A stretch of DNA of 64,000 nucleotides, from positions 26,075 to 90,074 of the IMG/VR virus record IMGVR_UViG_3300029928_000006; one strand, given 5' to 3'. The notes beneath the pieces were generated by a model, which was given only the letters and a program-made list of their open reading frames with translations, did not search any database and was not told where the DNA came from. Numbering within the stretch: the first letter of the stretch is position 1; each line of letters starts with the position of its first letter. Source of the DNA: a virus (lineage: Duplodnaviria; Caudoviricetes). Made by a program: the position numbers and the translations under genes. Of this stretch, positions 1-12,755 are shown in pieces.

Positions 1-30
1 TAATATTAACCTTTTAAAATTTAAAAAGAT

Positions 31-846
31 ATGTTTATAATTAATCAAGGTTTTGATTTAAATTCTCCTCAATTTAATTTTAAGAGAGACTATTTCGCAA
101 GTGTAGCTGATTTGAAGGCAGCACCAGAAACAAGTTTCCCTGATCATTTTATTACTAATGTCGCAGGTGTACCTTATCTGTTGACTAAAAGTAATACTGT
201 TGATGAAACTACAGGTAGATGGAGAAAGATTATACTTGGTAGTGATATTGACCTTAGCCCATATGCTAAGAGAAGTGAAGCTTTAGGGAGTTTAAGTGTT
301 TCTAATACCGACTCTAAAGTAACCGTTACTACGAAAAAGGTAGATGGTACTTCTACTTCCACAGATATAGCATCGTCTACGACAAAGACAGCAGGTGTTA
401 TGTCCGCTGCAGATAAGGCTAAACTTGATGGCATAGCAGAAGGTGCAAACAAGATTATTGTAGATAGTGCTTTAAGTGCAACATCTACCAATCCTGTACA
501 AAATAAAGTTATTAATACTGCGCTTAACGGGAAACTGAGTAATTTTGGAGATCTATTTACTACAGAATAGTACGAAGAAACTACTGCTAGACTTACTGTT
601 GGTGAAAGAATAGATGGTGAGTTGACGAACGGATGTATTGGTGAAATCTTGGTTACAGATTAGTACGATCCGACTATTACGTTGAAAGGAGATACCGGTA
701 CTATAACCGCAAACAAGATAGTCAAGAAAGATGGTACATCAAGTCAGCTTTTGGTTGCTGATGGTAGTGTTATTGATAAATCTACTTTTGTTGCGGCAGC
801 AGATTTAATAGCTATTACAGATGACGAAATCAACGCTTTAGAATAA
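31..846 (+). CDS. Putative tail/head fibre protein, 271 aa with TAG=Gln
   Basis: Track ORF 31..570 continues through in-frame TAGs to TAA 844-846. It contains the fibre-type motif AGVMSAADKAKLDGIAEGANK. Confidence 0.65.
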
Positions 847-857
847 TAACAAATATT

Positions 858-895
858 AACCTCGTCGCCATAAAAGTGGCGGGGTTTTTATTTTT
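858..895 (+). terminator. Intrinsic terminator
   Basis: GC hairpin cctcgtcgcca-taaaag-tggcgggg followed by a T-tract, just after the stop at 846. Confidence 0.7.
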
Positions 896-909
896 AAACA
901 ACGTAAAAT

Positions 910-1110
910 ATGATTAAATATTTAGATTTTGCAGGCCTTAATACTTTTTGGGAGAAGATAAAATCCACAATAAATACTGGGCTTGATAAAAAGGTTGATA
1001 AAGAGACAGGGAAGGGCCTTTCTACAAATGATTATACAACTGTAGAAAAAACTAAGTTGTCTAATATTGAGGATGGCGCAACAAAAGTAACATGGAAAAC
1101 AATAGAATAA
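910..1110 (+). CDS. Small fibre-associated protein, 66 aa
   Basis: ATG to TAA. The KVDKETGKGLSTNDYT motif is typical of phage fibre repeats. Confidence 0.65.
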   Translation: MIKYLDFAGLNTFWEKIKSTINTGLDKKVDKETGKGLSTNDYTTVEKTKLSNIEDGATKVTWKTIE

Positions 1111-1111
1111 T

Positions 1112-3418
1112 ATGGCAATAAATTTAATTAATTCTAAGACTAAGTCTGGTCTCGATAGCGCCATAAGTAATGGTAGCGTTAAAGATACTGATATAGCATT
1201 CTGCAAAGAAGCTGGTTATGAGAAGATCAGGACTCAAGGGAAGGATTTTGTTTGCGTTCCATCGGGATACGAAGGTGCAGAGGGCCTTTTCTTACAGTCA
1301 GATGGTATCAAGCCTGTATGGAAGACATATTCTCCTCCTGTAGAGTATAAATGGTATGGCGTAAGATGGGCTGTAGATTCAAAAGATCCACATCTTGAGC
1401 GTATTGGTAGTTTTGATATGCATCAATCATTACCTATACAGTCTCAGCTTAAAGCGTGTGTCGTACAGACTAAATCAGATGGCACGAAAACCAAACAATA
1501 TGACTTAGACCCAGATGATTGGGATTTAAGATTAGACGCTCCTGAAATCAAAGCTACCGGTACAGTTACATATGATTCTACTTCTAAAGTAGCTTCTGGT
1601 ACAATTAATGTTACAAAAGGTAACTTTACAGACATTCCTAATATAGAAAGTGCCACAAATAGATTAGTTGGTCATTATATCTAGATAGTTGATAAATTTG
1701 ACACAAAACAGAAGTTTAAGATGACTGCTGTAGAGGATGGTGATACAACTTGGAATATAACTGTAGAAGCAAACCTCGATGATTCTGGTATATATACTTC
1801 CCCGTTTACTTGTTATCTTGGCTCTGATAGAACTGGTTACGACGGACAAGTTATGGCTGATGTCCCATCATTCTACTTAATTAGCGAGACTAATGTGGTT
1901 TCTAATGGTAAGAAATACAACCAAGTCAAAATATCGTCTGAGAACCTAGGTAATACTTGGACTCACGAGCCAGCTAGATATGACTCTGTGTATAAAATAA
2001 CGGTACTTAATACTGTGCCTGAGAATATGGGTTATCTTAGCACACTCCCCGTAAATTCCGCAGTATCTATAGCCAATACAGCTACTTATTGTAGAGGCGG
2101 AGGTAATAGAACAGACTATGATAAATACTTTACAGATGACAATGGTAGTGCTGCTGTTAGGTCTGATTTAGGTAAGCACAGAACCAAGATCTCTAGAACA
2201 AATATGCGTAAATACTGTAGAAATGCAGGTATAGAGATCATGAACTATTATCAATATAAGAGCTTATATTGGTTGTGGGTTATAGAGTATGCTAACTTTA
2301 ATTCACAAGAGGCATTTAATGCTACTTTAACTGCCGGTGGTTTACATCAAGGTGGTATGGGAAATGGATTAACCACTATGTAGGATTAGGAACCATTTAA
2401 TAGAACTTATCCTGTAATGCCTAACGGTTACTTAGACAGCCTTGGTAGCACAACAGGTGTTAAATAGCTACAAATACCAGCATTCTCTATAGCATCTAGC
2501 AAGGTTACATTCTCTGATATAGCATATGTTCCAATACATCAATATCAAGCAAGTGCTATCGATAAAGTTACATATAGAACCAACGTTAGTTTGAAAGTAA
2601 CTAATGGCAACACTATAACATATACTGCTGTTAGGTGTAATGGCGCTGCTACTTAGTTTAATACTTCACAAGGAAGTGGTGGTACATCATCTTTCCATGC
2701 AGAAGGACTTACTGGTGATATATAGATAAGATTAAATACTGGTGGTAAAACTTATACGTTTACTTCTAAGAATCAAGCAACTGTTCAAACTATATAGATG
2801 GGTTCTGGTTTTGGTATCAGTATTTATGGATATAAAGAAACAAAGGATGCTGGGGGCCATACTATAGTAGATCCTACTGTAGGCGATTCCACTAATATAT
2901 CGTTAATATGCGATTCATCTGAAGCTGGTAGTATTAGCTATAATGCGTAGACTGTAATTCCATTTAGATGGAGAGTGTATGATAATTTATTTGGGGATAC
3001 TTTTAATAATTTAGATGGTATTGTAATAGATGCTTCTAATGATACTGGAGGTTCTTATAATACAGTATACGCTACTAGAGATGTCTCTAAGTATTGCAAA
3101 GCGGATGGTTCTGAACACGATAGAACATCTATGTCATAGATGTCTCAGGTAGGTAAAGAGATCCACTTAGACGGGTGGGCTACTGAATTTGATTTAGGCA
3201 CAGAAGGTAATATATTCCCGGTTAAACATAATGGTGGTTCTAATTATGGAATGTGTGATTACCACTATGTTGGTAAGGCTGATGATAATTTGAGGGCGCT
3301 TGTGGTTGGTGGCCACGCTGTTGATGGCTTGGCTACTGGCTTGTCTGACTTCGGCTCTGTCTTCGGCGTTGCTAATGGCTTGTCGTTTATCGGGTTCCGT
3401 GCTTCTTGTTCTAAATAA
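1112..3418 (+). CDS. Tail fibre / receptor-binding protein and DGR target, 768 aa with TAG=Gln
   Basis: Track ORFs 1112, 1721 and 3140 are in one frame and joined only by TAGs. The C-terminus ...GGHAVDGLATGLSDFGSVFGVANGLSFIGFRASCSK is a C-type-lectin-like DGR variable end. Confidence 0.8.
3296..3412 (+). repeat. DGR variable repeat (VR)
   Basis: Aligns without gaps over 117 nt to 3468-3584. About 31 mismatches fall at TR adenines and 6 at non-adenines. Confidence 0.9.
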
Positions 3419-3467
3419 GAAAATTAAGTGTTTAAAGGTTATTATATTATCCTGATGTTGTGTTAAA

Positions 3468-3584
3468 AAACTTATAGTTAGTAGCAACGCTAATAATGGC
3501 ACGAATGCTAGCTTAGCTAACTTCGACTCTAACAACGACGTTAGTAATGCCTAGACGAATATCGGGTTCCGTACTTTTTGTAAT
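3468..3584 (+). mobile_element. DGR template repeat (TR)
   Basis: AAY-rich copy of the VR (aac gct aat aat ggc ... aac aac gac). Both share the invariant 3' block atcgggttccgt. A ttgcc-tctt-ggcaa hairpin follows at 3611-3624. Confidence 0.9.
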
Positions 3585-3698
3585 GTATTTTTATATGGAG
3601 TATAATAACCTTGCCTCTTGGCAAAAGATATAGTTATATTAATAAACAAAAGACGTTGGTAGCTTATAGCGAAGATTTCTTAAAGATATTACAAGAAA

Positions 3699-3764
3699 AT
3701 GAAGCGCGTAAACAATATATATGATTACATATATCTTGTATTAGTAAACAAAAACTTCCATTAA
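3699..3764 (+). pseudogene. Stub of DGR reverse transcriptase
   Basis: MKRVNNIYDYIYLVLVNKNFH then TAA. It sits where the DGR RT normally starts and resembles MKRxxNLY/F-type RT N-termini. No RT core follows. Confidence 0.55.
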
Positions 3765-3782
3765 ATTTTAAAATATTTTCTT

Positions 3783-4589
3783 ATGACAAACCCAGAAAGA
3801 ACTAAATCAAATACGAAACCCGAAGTGCTAGAAGATCTTAAAAATGGATACTGGTTCTATAATTATGACATAAAAGAATCAGATCCACAGGATGATGTAC
3901 AATAGACTTCTGGTATTCAGAGCTACGATTTTATTTAGGCTAGAATATCAGGAGAACCTACATACAAGAAATGCGTAATTGCAGTGCTTAGATAGTATGT
4001 AAGTGAAAGCGAAGAGTTTGACTATATAAACTCATACAATTCATATCAGTTAGGATTAGGCTGTACAGAAGATTATCAAGAGTATTTAAAACTACTTGAG
4101 GAGATTAAGAATAATGTCCGTAAGGATTTTAACATGGAACCAGAATAGACTGTATAGTTATAGAGTGCTCCAGTGTCGATGATCTCTAAAGCTATGACTA
4201 TGACGATAAACACTATGTCATTGACAGATCAGCAGGCTCTTGAAGTTATGGACTTATATCCACAATGGAGTACATTTATTGGCCAGACCATAAAGAAAGA
4301 TACAAAGGTTCAGTACGAGAGTAAATTATTTAAAGTGGTACAAGATCACCTTGTCCAAGAGCAATATCCACCTTCTGTGGCAACTGCTTCATTGTATGTA
4401 CAAATTGTAGAATCTCAGTCTGGTACAAAAGATGACCCAATAGATTATCCTGCTGACGGGAACCTTGTAATCTACAATGGTAAGTATTACAAAGAAGATG
4501 GAAAGCTATACAAATGTATAAGGGACTCTGGTAATCCTCTGTACACAAAACTAGCTAACGTAGTAGGTAATTACGTAGAATTAGCATGA
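3783..4589 (+). CDS. Tail-associated protein with C-terminal carbohydrate-binding-like module, 268 aa with TAG=Gln
   Basis: ATG 3783 is in frame with track ORF 4173..4589 via TAGs. The C-terminus YPQW...KVQYESKLFKVVQDH...YNGKYYKEDGKLYKCIRDSG is CBM5/12-like. Confidence 0.6.
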
Positions 4590-5032
4590 AACTAACATTA
4601 AAAAGAATAGCCCTTAAAGATACTTACACTATTGGTAAGCTGTACATAGACGACGATTACTTTTGTGATACGCTAGAAGATACAGTCAGAGATGCCAATA
4701 AGAACGGTAAGTTTGACAACGGTGAATAGAAAGTATATGGTTAGACAGCTATACCATATGGCACGTATAATATAACATTAGACGTTGTTAGTCAAAGGTT
4801 TAAGAATAGAGTATGGGCTAAGCCGTATGGTGGCAAGGTGCCTAGACTTCTTAATGTACCATCGTTCGATGGGGTACTTATTCATCCGGGAACAACTTCT
4901 AAGGATACAAGTGGGTGTTTACTGGTTGGTAGAAATACCATTGTAGGTAAGTTAACATAGTCTTAGGATACGTTTCACAAGCTTATGAGTAAACTTAAGG
5001 GTTAGAAAGATGTAACAATAGAAATCGTATGA
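4586..5032 (+). CDS. Putative endolysin (DUF5675-like), 148 aa with 5 TAG=Gln codons
   Basis: MKLTLKRIALKDTYTIGKLYIDDDYFCDTLED...TAIPYGTY...GVLIHPGTTSKDTSGCLLVG. Absent from the ORF track because of the TAGs. Confidence 0.8.
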
Positions 5033-5262
5033 ATATAGTAAAAGACTTTCTAAGCAGTAATAGATATAAACATTTCGTCATATCTATGATAGGCTCATAT
5101 TTTACTGGCATTGGATTTGCTATAGGTGCAAACTTAGCTACAGAGTATAAGGATAAATCATACGGTAATAAATGGGATTGGAAAGACTTTGCTTTTGGCA
5201 TAACTGGTGGTGTTATAGGTCAAGCCATGCAGTTATTAACATTATATTTAACTACTAAATAA
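5029..5262 (+). CDS. Small membrane protein in lysis cluster, 77 aa
   Basis: Two hydrophobic segments and a KHF...EYKD...WDWKD pattern. Its start overlaps the lysin stop. Confidence 0.6.
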   Translation: MNIVKDFLSSNRYKHFVISMIGSYFTGIGFAIGANLATEYKDKSYGNKWDWKDFAFGITGGVIGQAMQLLTLYLTTK

Positions 5263-5537
5263 TGGTTGGCAAAGTTATAGGAACATGGCGTGAAAAAGTG
5301 TAGTATGCTACTGCATGTTTTGCGTTCTTAAGTGGCTAGGCTCTAACTTGGTTCCAGTATTTACAATAGGGCGAAATATCTACTGGCGTGCTTGGGTTTG
5401 TTGCGCAAACTCTTGTATACTCTGCCAGTATTTATGGTGTGTCTATTTACATATAGGGTAAGTTTGGCGAGCTTAAAACCCAATTAAAAGAATATTTGAC
5501 AAATGATGAAGCAGTTGATCCAAAAGATAAAAGATAA
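5262..5537 (+). CDS. Putative holin, 91 aa with 4 TAG=Gln codons
   Basis: MVGKVIGTWREKVQYATACFAFLSGQALTWFQY...GVLGFVAQTLVYSASIYGVSIYIQ: two predicted TM helices and a charged C-terminus, in the lysis cluster. Confidence 0.7.
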
Positions 5538-6156
5538 CTACAAGATGCTGCTTAATACCGTTTTAAGCCTTCTGGTGGCCTTTTGTTTAGCTTCTGGTAT
5601 ATTCTACCACAATAAAGCTAAAAGGCTCTCAGAAGAGCTTAAAATAGCTAATAATAACATAGAAGCTTATTAGGACGCCATCTCTGACTCCTAGTAGGCT
5701 TCTGGTGTTTTAAGGCTAGATATGAATAAACTACAAGATTACAATGATAAGCTTGTACAATAGATAGACTCTATACGTAAGCAGAGTAAGCTTAAAAGTA
5801 AAGAAGTTTAGGTGGCAGCAACTCAGAAGTAGATATTAGACGTTAATAAGAGTAAGGGGGTAGGGGGTGATATTATAACAATATTAAAGGACTCTACTTA
5901 TAATGATAGCTTACAATATAACAGTCTTACTAAAGTGTACTATAAGATAAGTAAAGACAGTGTTAATATTAAGCTAGATGTAAAGAACACACAATATCTT
6001 TACGTTTATAAACATAGATAGTATAAAAACAAGAAGAACTTCTTTAAGAGGTTAATAACCTTTGATTGGAAAAAGAAAGACGTATATAAGTATAAGATAT
6101 ACAATACGAATGACTTACTTAAAGGAGATAGTATAAGAGTAATAGAAGCTATATGA
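5503..6156 (+). CDS. Putative spanin / Rz-like protein, 217 aa with 7 TAG=Gln codons
   Basis: N-terminal TM helix followed by a coiled-coil, directly after the holin. Contains consecutive TAG TAG codons. Confidence 0.6.
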
Positions 6157-6854
6157 AAATGTTTTCACTACGTACGATAATAGATGATATACTTTTACTC
6201 GTACGAAATAACAATATAAGTGAAAGCGAAGACTTGTCAAGGGACCAAATAGCATCTTGGATAATACAATATAAAGCCTATTTAGCTAAGAAGAAGCAAG
6301 AGTAGAACGAATAGCTTGGAGAGGATGATGAACCAGATGAATCATTAGTATCAACAATAGGCCCATTAGAACTAATTGATGATCCAGATTCTAAAGATAA
6401 TGGGTGCTGTGATGAGTGTTGTCGCTGTAGCGTTATACACAAAAGAACAAAAGATAAGATCCATACAATTGAAGATAATGCTGACGATATAATCAGTGTT
6501 CATGACGCAAGCGGATGTGTTATACAATACATGCATAAGATGCGTAAGCATTATCATGGATTTAGAAGATATACTTGGGCTGAACCTACATGCTGGTTTG
6601 ATAATGGTTACATATACGTAGATGGGCAAGATATAGATGATTTTAACTATATTTATGTTGAGTGTAATATTGACCCAACATAGACCGCTGAAGACGAAGA
6701 TGATGTAAATATACCAGGATGGATGGTACCAGATATTAAGAAAGCTATTATGGCTAACGAGTTGGCGTTTATGCTTAATAGACCAAGCGATGATAGTAAT
6801 AATTCAACATTAGCTAGTGTAAAACCAAATGGTCCTCAAGATAAGGAAAAATAA
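6153..6854 (+). CDS. Tail ring / structural protein, 233 aa with TAG=Gln
   Basis: Open frame ATG 6153 to TAA 6852 with 3 TAGs. MFSLRTIIDDILL...SESEDLSRDQIASWIIQYKA resembles crAss-like ring proteins. Confidence 0.6.
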
Positions 6855-7299
6855 AAAGAGCTACACTATAGCTGATATATATAAAGACTATATCAAAAAC
6901 AACGATGTAGACATACAATACGCGCGATATAAGCGCATATTAGACGAATTCAATAAAGTTGTCAAGGATGAAGTTTTAGAGCGCTCACAGCCCTTTAAAA
7001 TGCCTTATGGGCTAGGTTTAATATGTATAGTTAAATATAAACCTAAAGGATATACAGACAAATCGTTATCAGTAGACTACAAAACAAGTAACGATGAGAA
7101 CAAAAGGATATATCATCTTAATGAGCATTCTAACGGATATAAATATAGATTATACTGGTCTAAGGTACCAAGGGTATTTCCAGCTAGATATAAGTATTAG
7201 CTGTGTATGGTAAGAGAAAATAAGAGGCACCTTGCTCAACTTATATTCAACAAACAAGATTATATAAACATAAATGATATACAAATATACAAAATGTGA
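6829..7299 (+). CDS. IHF/HU-like DNA-binding protein, 156 aa with TAG=Gln
   Basis: Track ORF 6829..7200 extends through a TAG to TGA 7297. It has FKMPYGLGLICIVKYK and YKYQLCMVRENKRHLAQLI segments like crAss IHF-family proteins. Confidence 0.6.
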
Positions 7300-8137
7300 A
7301 TCGGTCATAGCAAAAATAATGGCTGATTCAGATATGTCTGAAAAGAATATAAGAATCACAGATATACGTGAATGGATATTCGAGGCAGTTGAGAAGATAG
7401 GTGCTCCAGTATAGTATGTATAGAGGGAATCTGGGTAGGACGGTGTTCCAGTATTTGAGATACACGACAGATAGATCCCAATCCCCGATGATTTAGAATC
7501 GTTACAAAGTGTAGCATATTCTAGTAATGGCTCAAATTGGATGTAGGCAAGAAAGGACGAAAGTTCTTTTAAAGTTCCAACCAATATAACACATCGCTAG
7601 CATTATATACCAAAACAACCACCTGTACAACCAGCTATAGTTCACAGGTCTCAGTTGTTAGGTATAAATGGTTCTACTGCTTTACTTGATGCCATTTAGA
7701 ACAGAAATGTTATGGAGCCTACGTATTGGATAAAACCAGGATGGATAGTACTTAACAAAGAAAAAGGATTTGTAAAGCTATCATACAAGGCTATAGCTAC
7801 AGATGAGAGAGGTTATCCTCTAATCCCAGATACAGCATCATATCAAGAAGCTATATACTGGTACGTTATGCTGAAGCTAAACTTCCCTAAGTTCCTTAAA
7901 GGTTAGCTTGGTGGAAGGCTTAAGTTCAATATGATGACATATTCATACATTCAAAGGCAGTGGAACTATTATAGGGATAAAGCTTATGCTGAAGCCATGA
8001 TGCCTAATGAGGGGGAAATGCTAAGCATAAAGAACGAATGGACTAAGCTTATTCCAGATTGGAGTGCGGATGAGAATCTGTTCAAAGAAACTGGGTAGAA
8101 ACAATTAAACTTTAACGATTATTACTATGGATACTAA
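7274..8137 (+). CDS. Tail tubular / ring protein, 287 aa with TAG=Gln
   Basis: Open through TAGs. Motifs IREWIFEAVEKIG and SYKAIATDERGYPLIPDTASYQEAIYWY are typical of crAss-like tail tube proteins. Confidence 0.7.
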
Positions 8138-11100
8138 TACAGAACCTCAGATTAATAGCTTTGCCGGTGGGTTGAATAGTGATGATGATATATCAGTTGT
8201 TGCTACGAACTAGTATCTAGAAGCTAGGAATTTGAGAATAACATCGTATGATAAAGATAACAAACATGGTTCGATATCATCAATAAAAGGCGTTAGGTTA
8301 GCTGGTAGTTTCCCAAATCAAGGGTATAAAATAGTAGCTACGGGTTCTATAAGAGATTATGGGGTAATCGTATGTAAGAGTGATAGTAGGTTAAAGATAT
8401 ATACGTTTAAAAATGCTATAGGGCAAGATCTACACACATAGGAGTTCAACGAAATAACAAATAAGAGAACAGTTGTAGATGCTCCATTACTTGAAACTGA
8501 TGGGCAAAGCTACCCAGACGTATTTAACATTTAGCTTAATTACGAAAGTGAAAACAACATAAAGCTGTATCTAGCGGATTCCATACATCCTATAATGATA
8601 TTCAATATTAATCGCAGTGATAATTTTATTTACAGCGATTTAAATAAATGTTTGATATATCCAGAAACAACTTGCGAACCACCGGTATTTGAAGATTATA
8701 TCCCAGGAAAGCTTGAGTTCAGCGTAGTAAGCTATTGCTACCAACTTTACAATAAACATGGTATTTATACAGATGCTTCTATACAATGTAAATAGATACC
8801 AATTGGTAACTACAACTTCGATGAATCAGAGAGATTTGTACAAAGTGGAGGTAAACAAGAAGCTCAGTCTAATTGCGGTGTTAAAATATCTATAAACATT
8901 CCATCTGAATATTCACACCTGGATAAGATAAAAGTATTCAGAGTACAGTATACACAAAATGGGCAAATGCCAATTGTATCTGTTATATATGATGCTAATA
9001 TAGACTTTAGTGAAGACCTTAATACTAAGGTTGTAATAAACGATGTTGGAGCCACTCCAATAGCTCAGATAAGCGTAGAGGAACTGAACTCTTTGCAAGG
9101 AGTTAGAATTATACCTAACTCATTAGCTGTTAAGGATGGACTACTATTTGCGGCTAATATAAAAACAGTATAGACATCTATAAAAGACTTCGATAAATGG
9201 GATGCTAGAGCTTTTAGGTTTAATAGTAATAAAATAAGCGTTGTATCAGACGTGAATGGTAACGATAAATTTAAAATAGATGCTTCTAAAAATAGCATTG
9301 ATGATAGTAGTGTAAGCGTACCAAATTTCACGCACGATTGTTACGATTCTAAATATAATGATATCAACACTTCTGTAAGCCTAGGTAAAACTAAATACAT
9401 ATACGATTCGGAATGTAAATGGGTAGGCGGATCTGGTAAGAATATAGAATGGAGATTCGTAATCTCCCCTCAAGTAGAGGATTCTTGTATAAAGGAAAAC
9501 AATGAAAGGAAGATCGGAACCTTATACAACTATTCGAAAAAAGAGAATATAAAGTAGACTGATATACTTTATGTTGATAAAGACTTCCACGTTGTTCGAG
9601 ATAGCGTTAATTTTGATGCAGGTATAAATAATAACACATGGTTATTAAAGTCTCTTAGAAGAAACGAAATATACCGATACGGCATCGTATTGTATGATAA
9701 GTATGGTTAGGCTTCTCCGGCTAAATGGATTGCAGACATAAGAACCCCAAATATGACAGACCGAGGGTTCGAACTCTTCTAGTCAAATACTATAGTTAAT
9801 GGTAAAAGGTACGAACTTGTCATTAGAAACCTCGGAATACAATTTAAAGTTAAGAATTTACCAGAAGGATGTATTGGCTATCAAATTGTACGATGCGCTA
9901 GGCATGAATCTGATATGGCTACTATATCGTAGGGAGTACTTAGTTCTCCAGTATCTAATGCGTATAGCAAGAACTTTAGTTAGGATGGTAGTTACGATAT
10001 TACTAAGTATCATACTTTTTGCCCTACTGGTTTCCTGACAACAGGTAAGATAATAACTGGATTTAATTGTCCTAATTAGCTTGATGGGGATGGCGATGAT
10101 AATGGTTCGCAGTGTATGACCAACCTAGATAATTATGATCTACTGCAATTCGTATCAAAAGAAGTTTGTTATCAACCAGAGTCTTTTAAGTCGTTTATAA
10201 AAGATAAGAAATATTATTTAGACAAACAGTCTTTTCTATTTGGTGCTAGGGGAGACTACAAATTTAACGATTGGGAGTACGATTCTCCTAACAATAAAAG
10301 ATACTATAATATAGACGCCGATTCTAGATCTGGCGTATTTAATTTTATTACACCCTGTATATCAAACTGTTCTATTGAAATTTGGCCTGGACCATATTCA
10401 AATGGAGTAAGATCTAATATAACCGTAAATGGATCTACAGTAAATGGGTTGAATACTACATACGTTAGCTATATTGATACCGCATTTAACCCCGACTATT
10501 TTTATATGATAAATCCATGTTCCTATCAAGATAAGCTGCAAGGGAGTAGTTCAGGGAATGGCATGGTTGGCGGATATGGAATTGATAGATGGCGCTCTTA
10601 CGCTCTCATAAAAGATTGTATTTTAGACTTTGATAGATTGTATAAAGAAGACAACGAAGTCATATACAAAAGATCTGAACTTAAAGGCAAATATGTCATA
10701 CAAAAAGCGTTTGCTTATATAAAGTTGTATGAGCAAAATGACCAAGCACTTAAATTTGGTTCTACGAATAGCTGGGTAACCGAACCTACATATTGTCCAA
10801 TCTCTGATTTTAATGTCGTAGAACAAATAAAATGGGATGAAGCGTTTAAGAGAAATCAGAATAAGGATGGCGAAGAACAAACTTCGTCAAAAGCCTTTAC
10901 GAATAAAGCTACCTCATCTGGTGGAATGTTATTCGTAAACATGATAACAAGTGGTCTATGCAATGACACTAATAAAAACATTGCTAGCTGGTTTGGTCAT
11001 TACGGTGGATCTATAAAGAAGACTACTAAATGGTGGGAATCAACCGACTCTGGGAAGGAGGCTAGTTTTGGTACAGGAGGTAAGTGTCTATTACTTAGTT

Positions 11101-12755
11101 GTGATTACAAAGACTTGGGTACTATCGGCACATCTTCATTTTTAACATCTTCTGATGGGACTTGTTTCAGTGACTTACATTATGAATCCAGTTAGAATGA
11201 TCCTGTTACACAAATGATAATACGTCCAAGTTTATTGGGTACGTATTTAACTAACCTTAGGCAGTAGGTATCCCCATATGGTGGTGCAGCGTTTATCAAT
11301 AGACTGACAAATGTATACTACGGTGATGGAGATTACTTTAAGTCAGCAGGTGATTGGTGTACTGTATTTAATGGTGATTGCCATGTAGAGACGTTTGAAT
11401 ATACATCAATGCATAAAATATACGGTGCTTACACACAGGACTCAAAAGATAATTTACAGTTCCCTGGCACACATATGATAACATATTCGATTCCAACAGA
11501 ATCTAATATATGGGATAAGTTCCAGTATGGGTGGCAGTTCAGTGTTAACGCAAAAGATAATTATGCTTCATTTATACAGTCAGAACCTTGCCAGATAACA
11601 GAAGCGTATGTACAAGAGGATCCTCAGTATGTATACAATTCTGTGTATAGTGTTCAAAACACAAGCACTCCATTGTCTATATATGATGACTTAAATAGCG
11701 AGGATTACAATAAAACTGTAGATACCAGGGTTTATTATTCTGACCTAAAACAGAATGATGAAGTCATAGATAGTTGGGCAAGATTTAAAAGTTCTAACTT
11801 CATAGACGTAGATCAACAGTACGGTCCAATTACTGATATATTTACATTTAAGAACCAGCTTTTATTCTTCTAGGAGAATGCTGTTGGAGTACTGAGTGTA
11901 AATGATAGAAGTGTAACTACTGATAACTCTGGGCAGGATATAGTACTTGGTTCAGGCGGTGTTCTTTCTAGGTATGATTACTACAGTAATACGTATGGAA
12001 TGCACAAACAGCAATTCTGCGTAACATCTACAACTGGAGGTCTGTATTGGTTTGATAGTCACAATAATACTATTTGTACATTTGATGGACAGCGTGTAAT
12101 ACAGTTATCAAAGCAAGGGAAGGTATAGATGCTTCTAAACAAGTATAAGAAAGACGATAGCTTCCATATATACTATGATAATAGATACAACGAAATAGTG
12201 TTCGATGTGCTTTCCGATAACATGCAAATAAGCTTTAGTGAAATGATTGGCAAATTTACATCGTTATATACTCTTCCTTTTGAAGGATGTGCTTAGTTTA
12301 TGAATGGTGGGTACTTAATCAACACTAACGATATGATAGATGTATTCCAATACGATTGTGTACAAGATAGACCAATATCTACAACAGGACAATACTTATC
12401 AAGCTATTTAAAATACGTTGTAAACCAATAGCCATTAATAACAAAGGTATTTGATAATCAGTAGATTGTTACAGCTGATGATTTGTAGGATAAGCCAATA
12501 TACGATACAGACGACTACTTCTCTAAAAATCATAGTTATACGTGGGCTACTCCATTAATATCATCAGAGAGTACATTAAGTGGGCAAATAACACTACGAG
12601 AGAATAATCATAAATTTGCGATACCTAGAAGCGGAGGATTATTTGGAGGAAGAATAAGAGGTAATTATATGACTTGCGAAATATCTAACGATAGTCCAAA
12701 TCCCGTAACGTCGGTATAGTATATTATAACCAAATATAGATAGTCATGGAGTTAA
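8127..12755 (+). CDS. Tail stabilisation ('muzzle', P22 gp10-like) protein, 1542 aa with TAG=Gln
   Basis: Six track ORFs share one frame. The N-terminus QINSFAGGLNSD...NQYLEARNLRI has TAG at the Q. Also KSLRRNEIYRYGIVLYDKYGQASPAKWIADIRTP. Gaps were spot-checked. Confidence 0.8.

Noticed and set aside
5029-5262. TAG-free gene in the lysis cluster as an early-expressed antiholin
   Set aside because: It has only 2 Gln codons, so the absence of TAG is uninformative.
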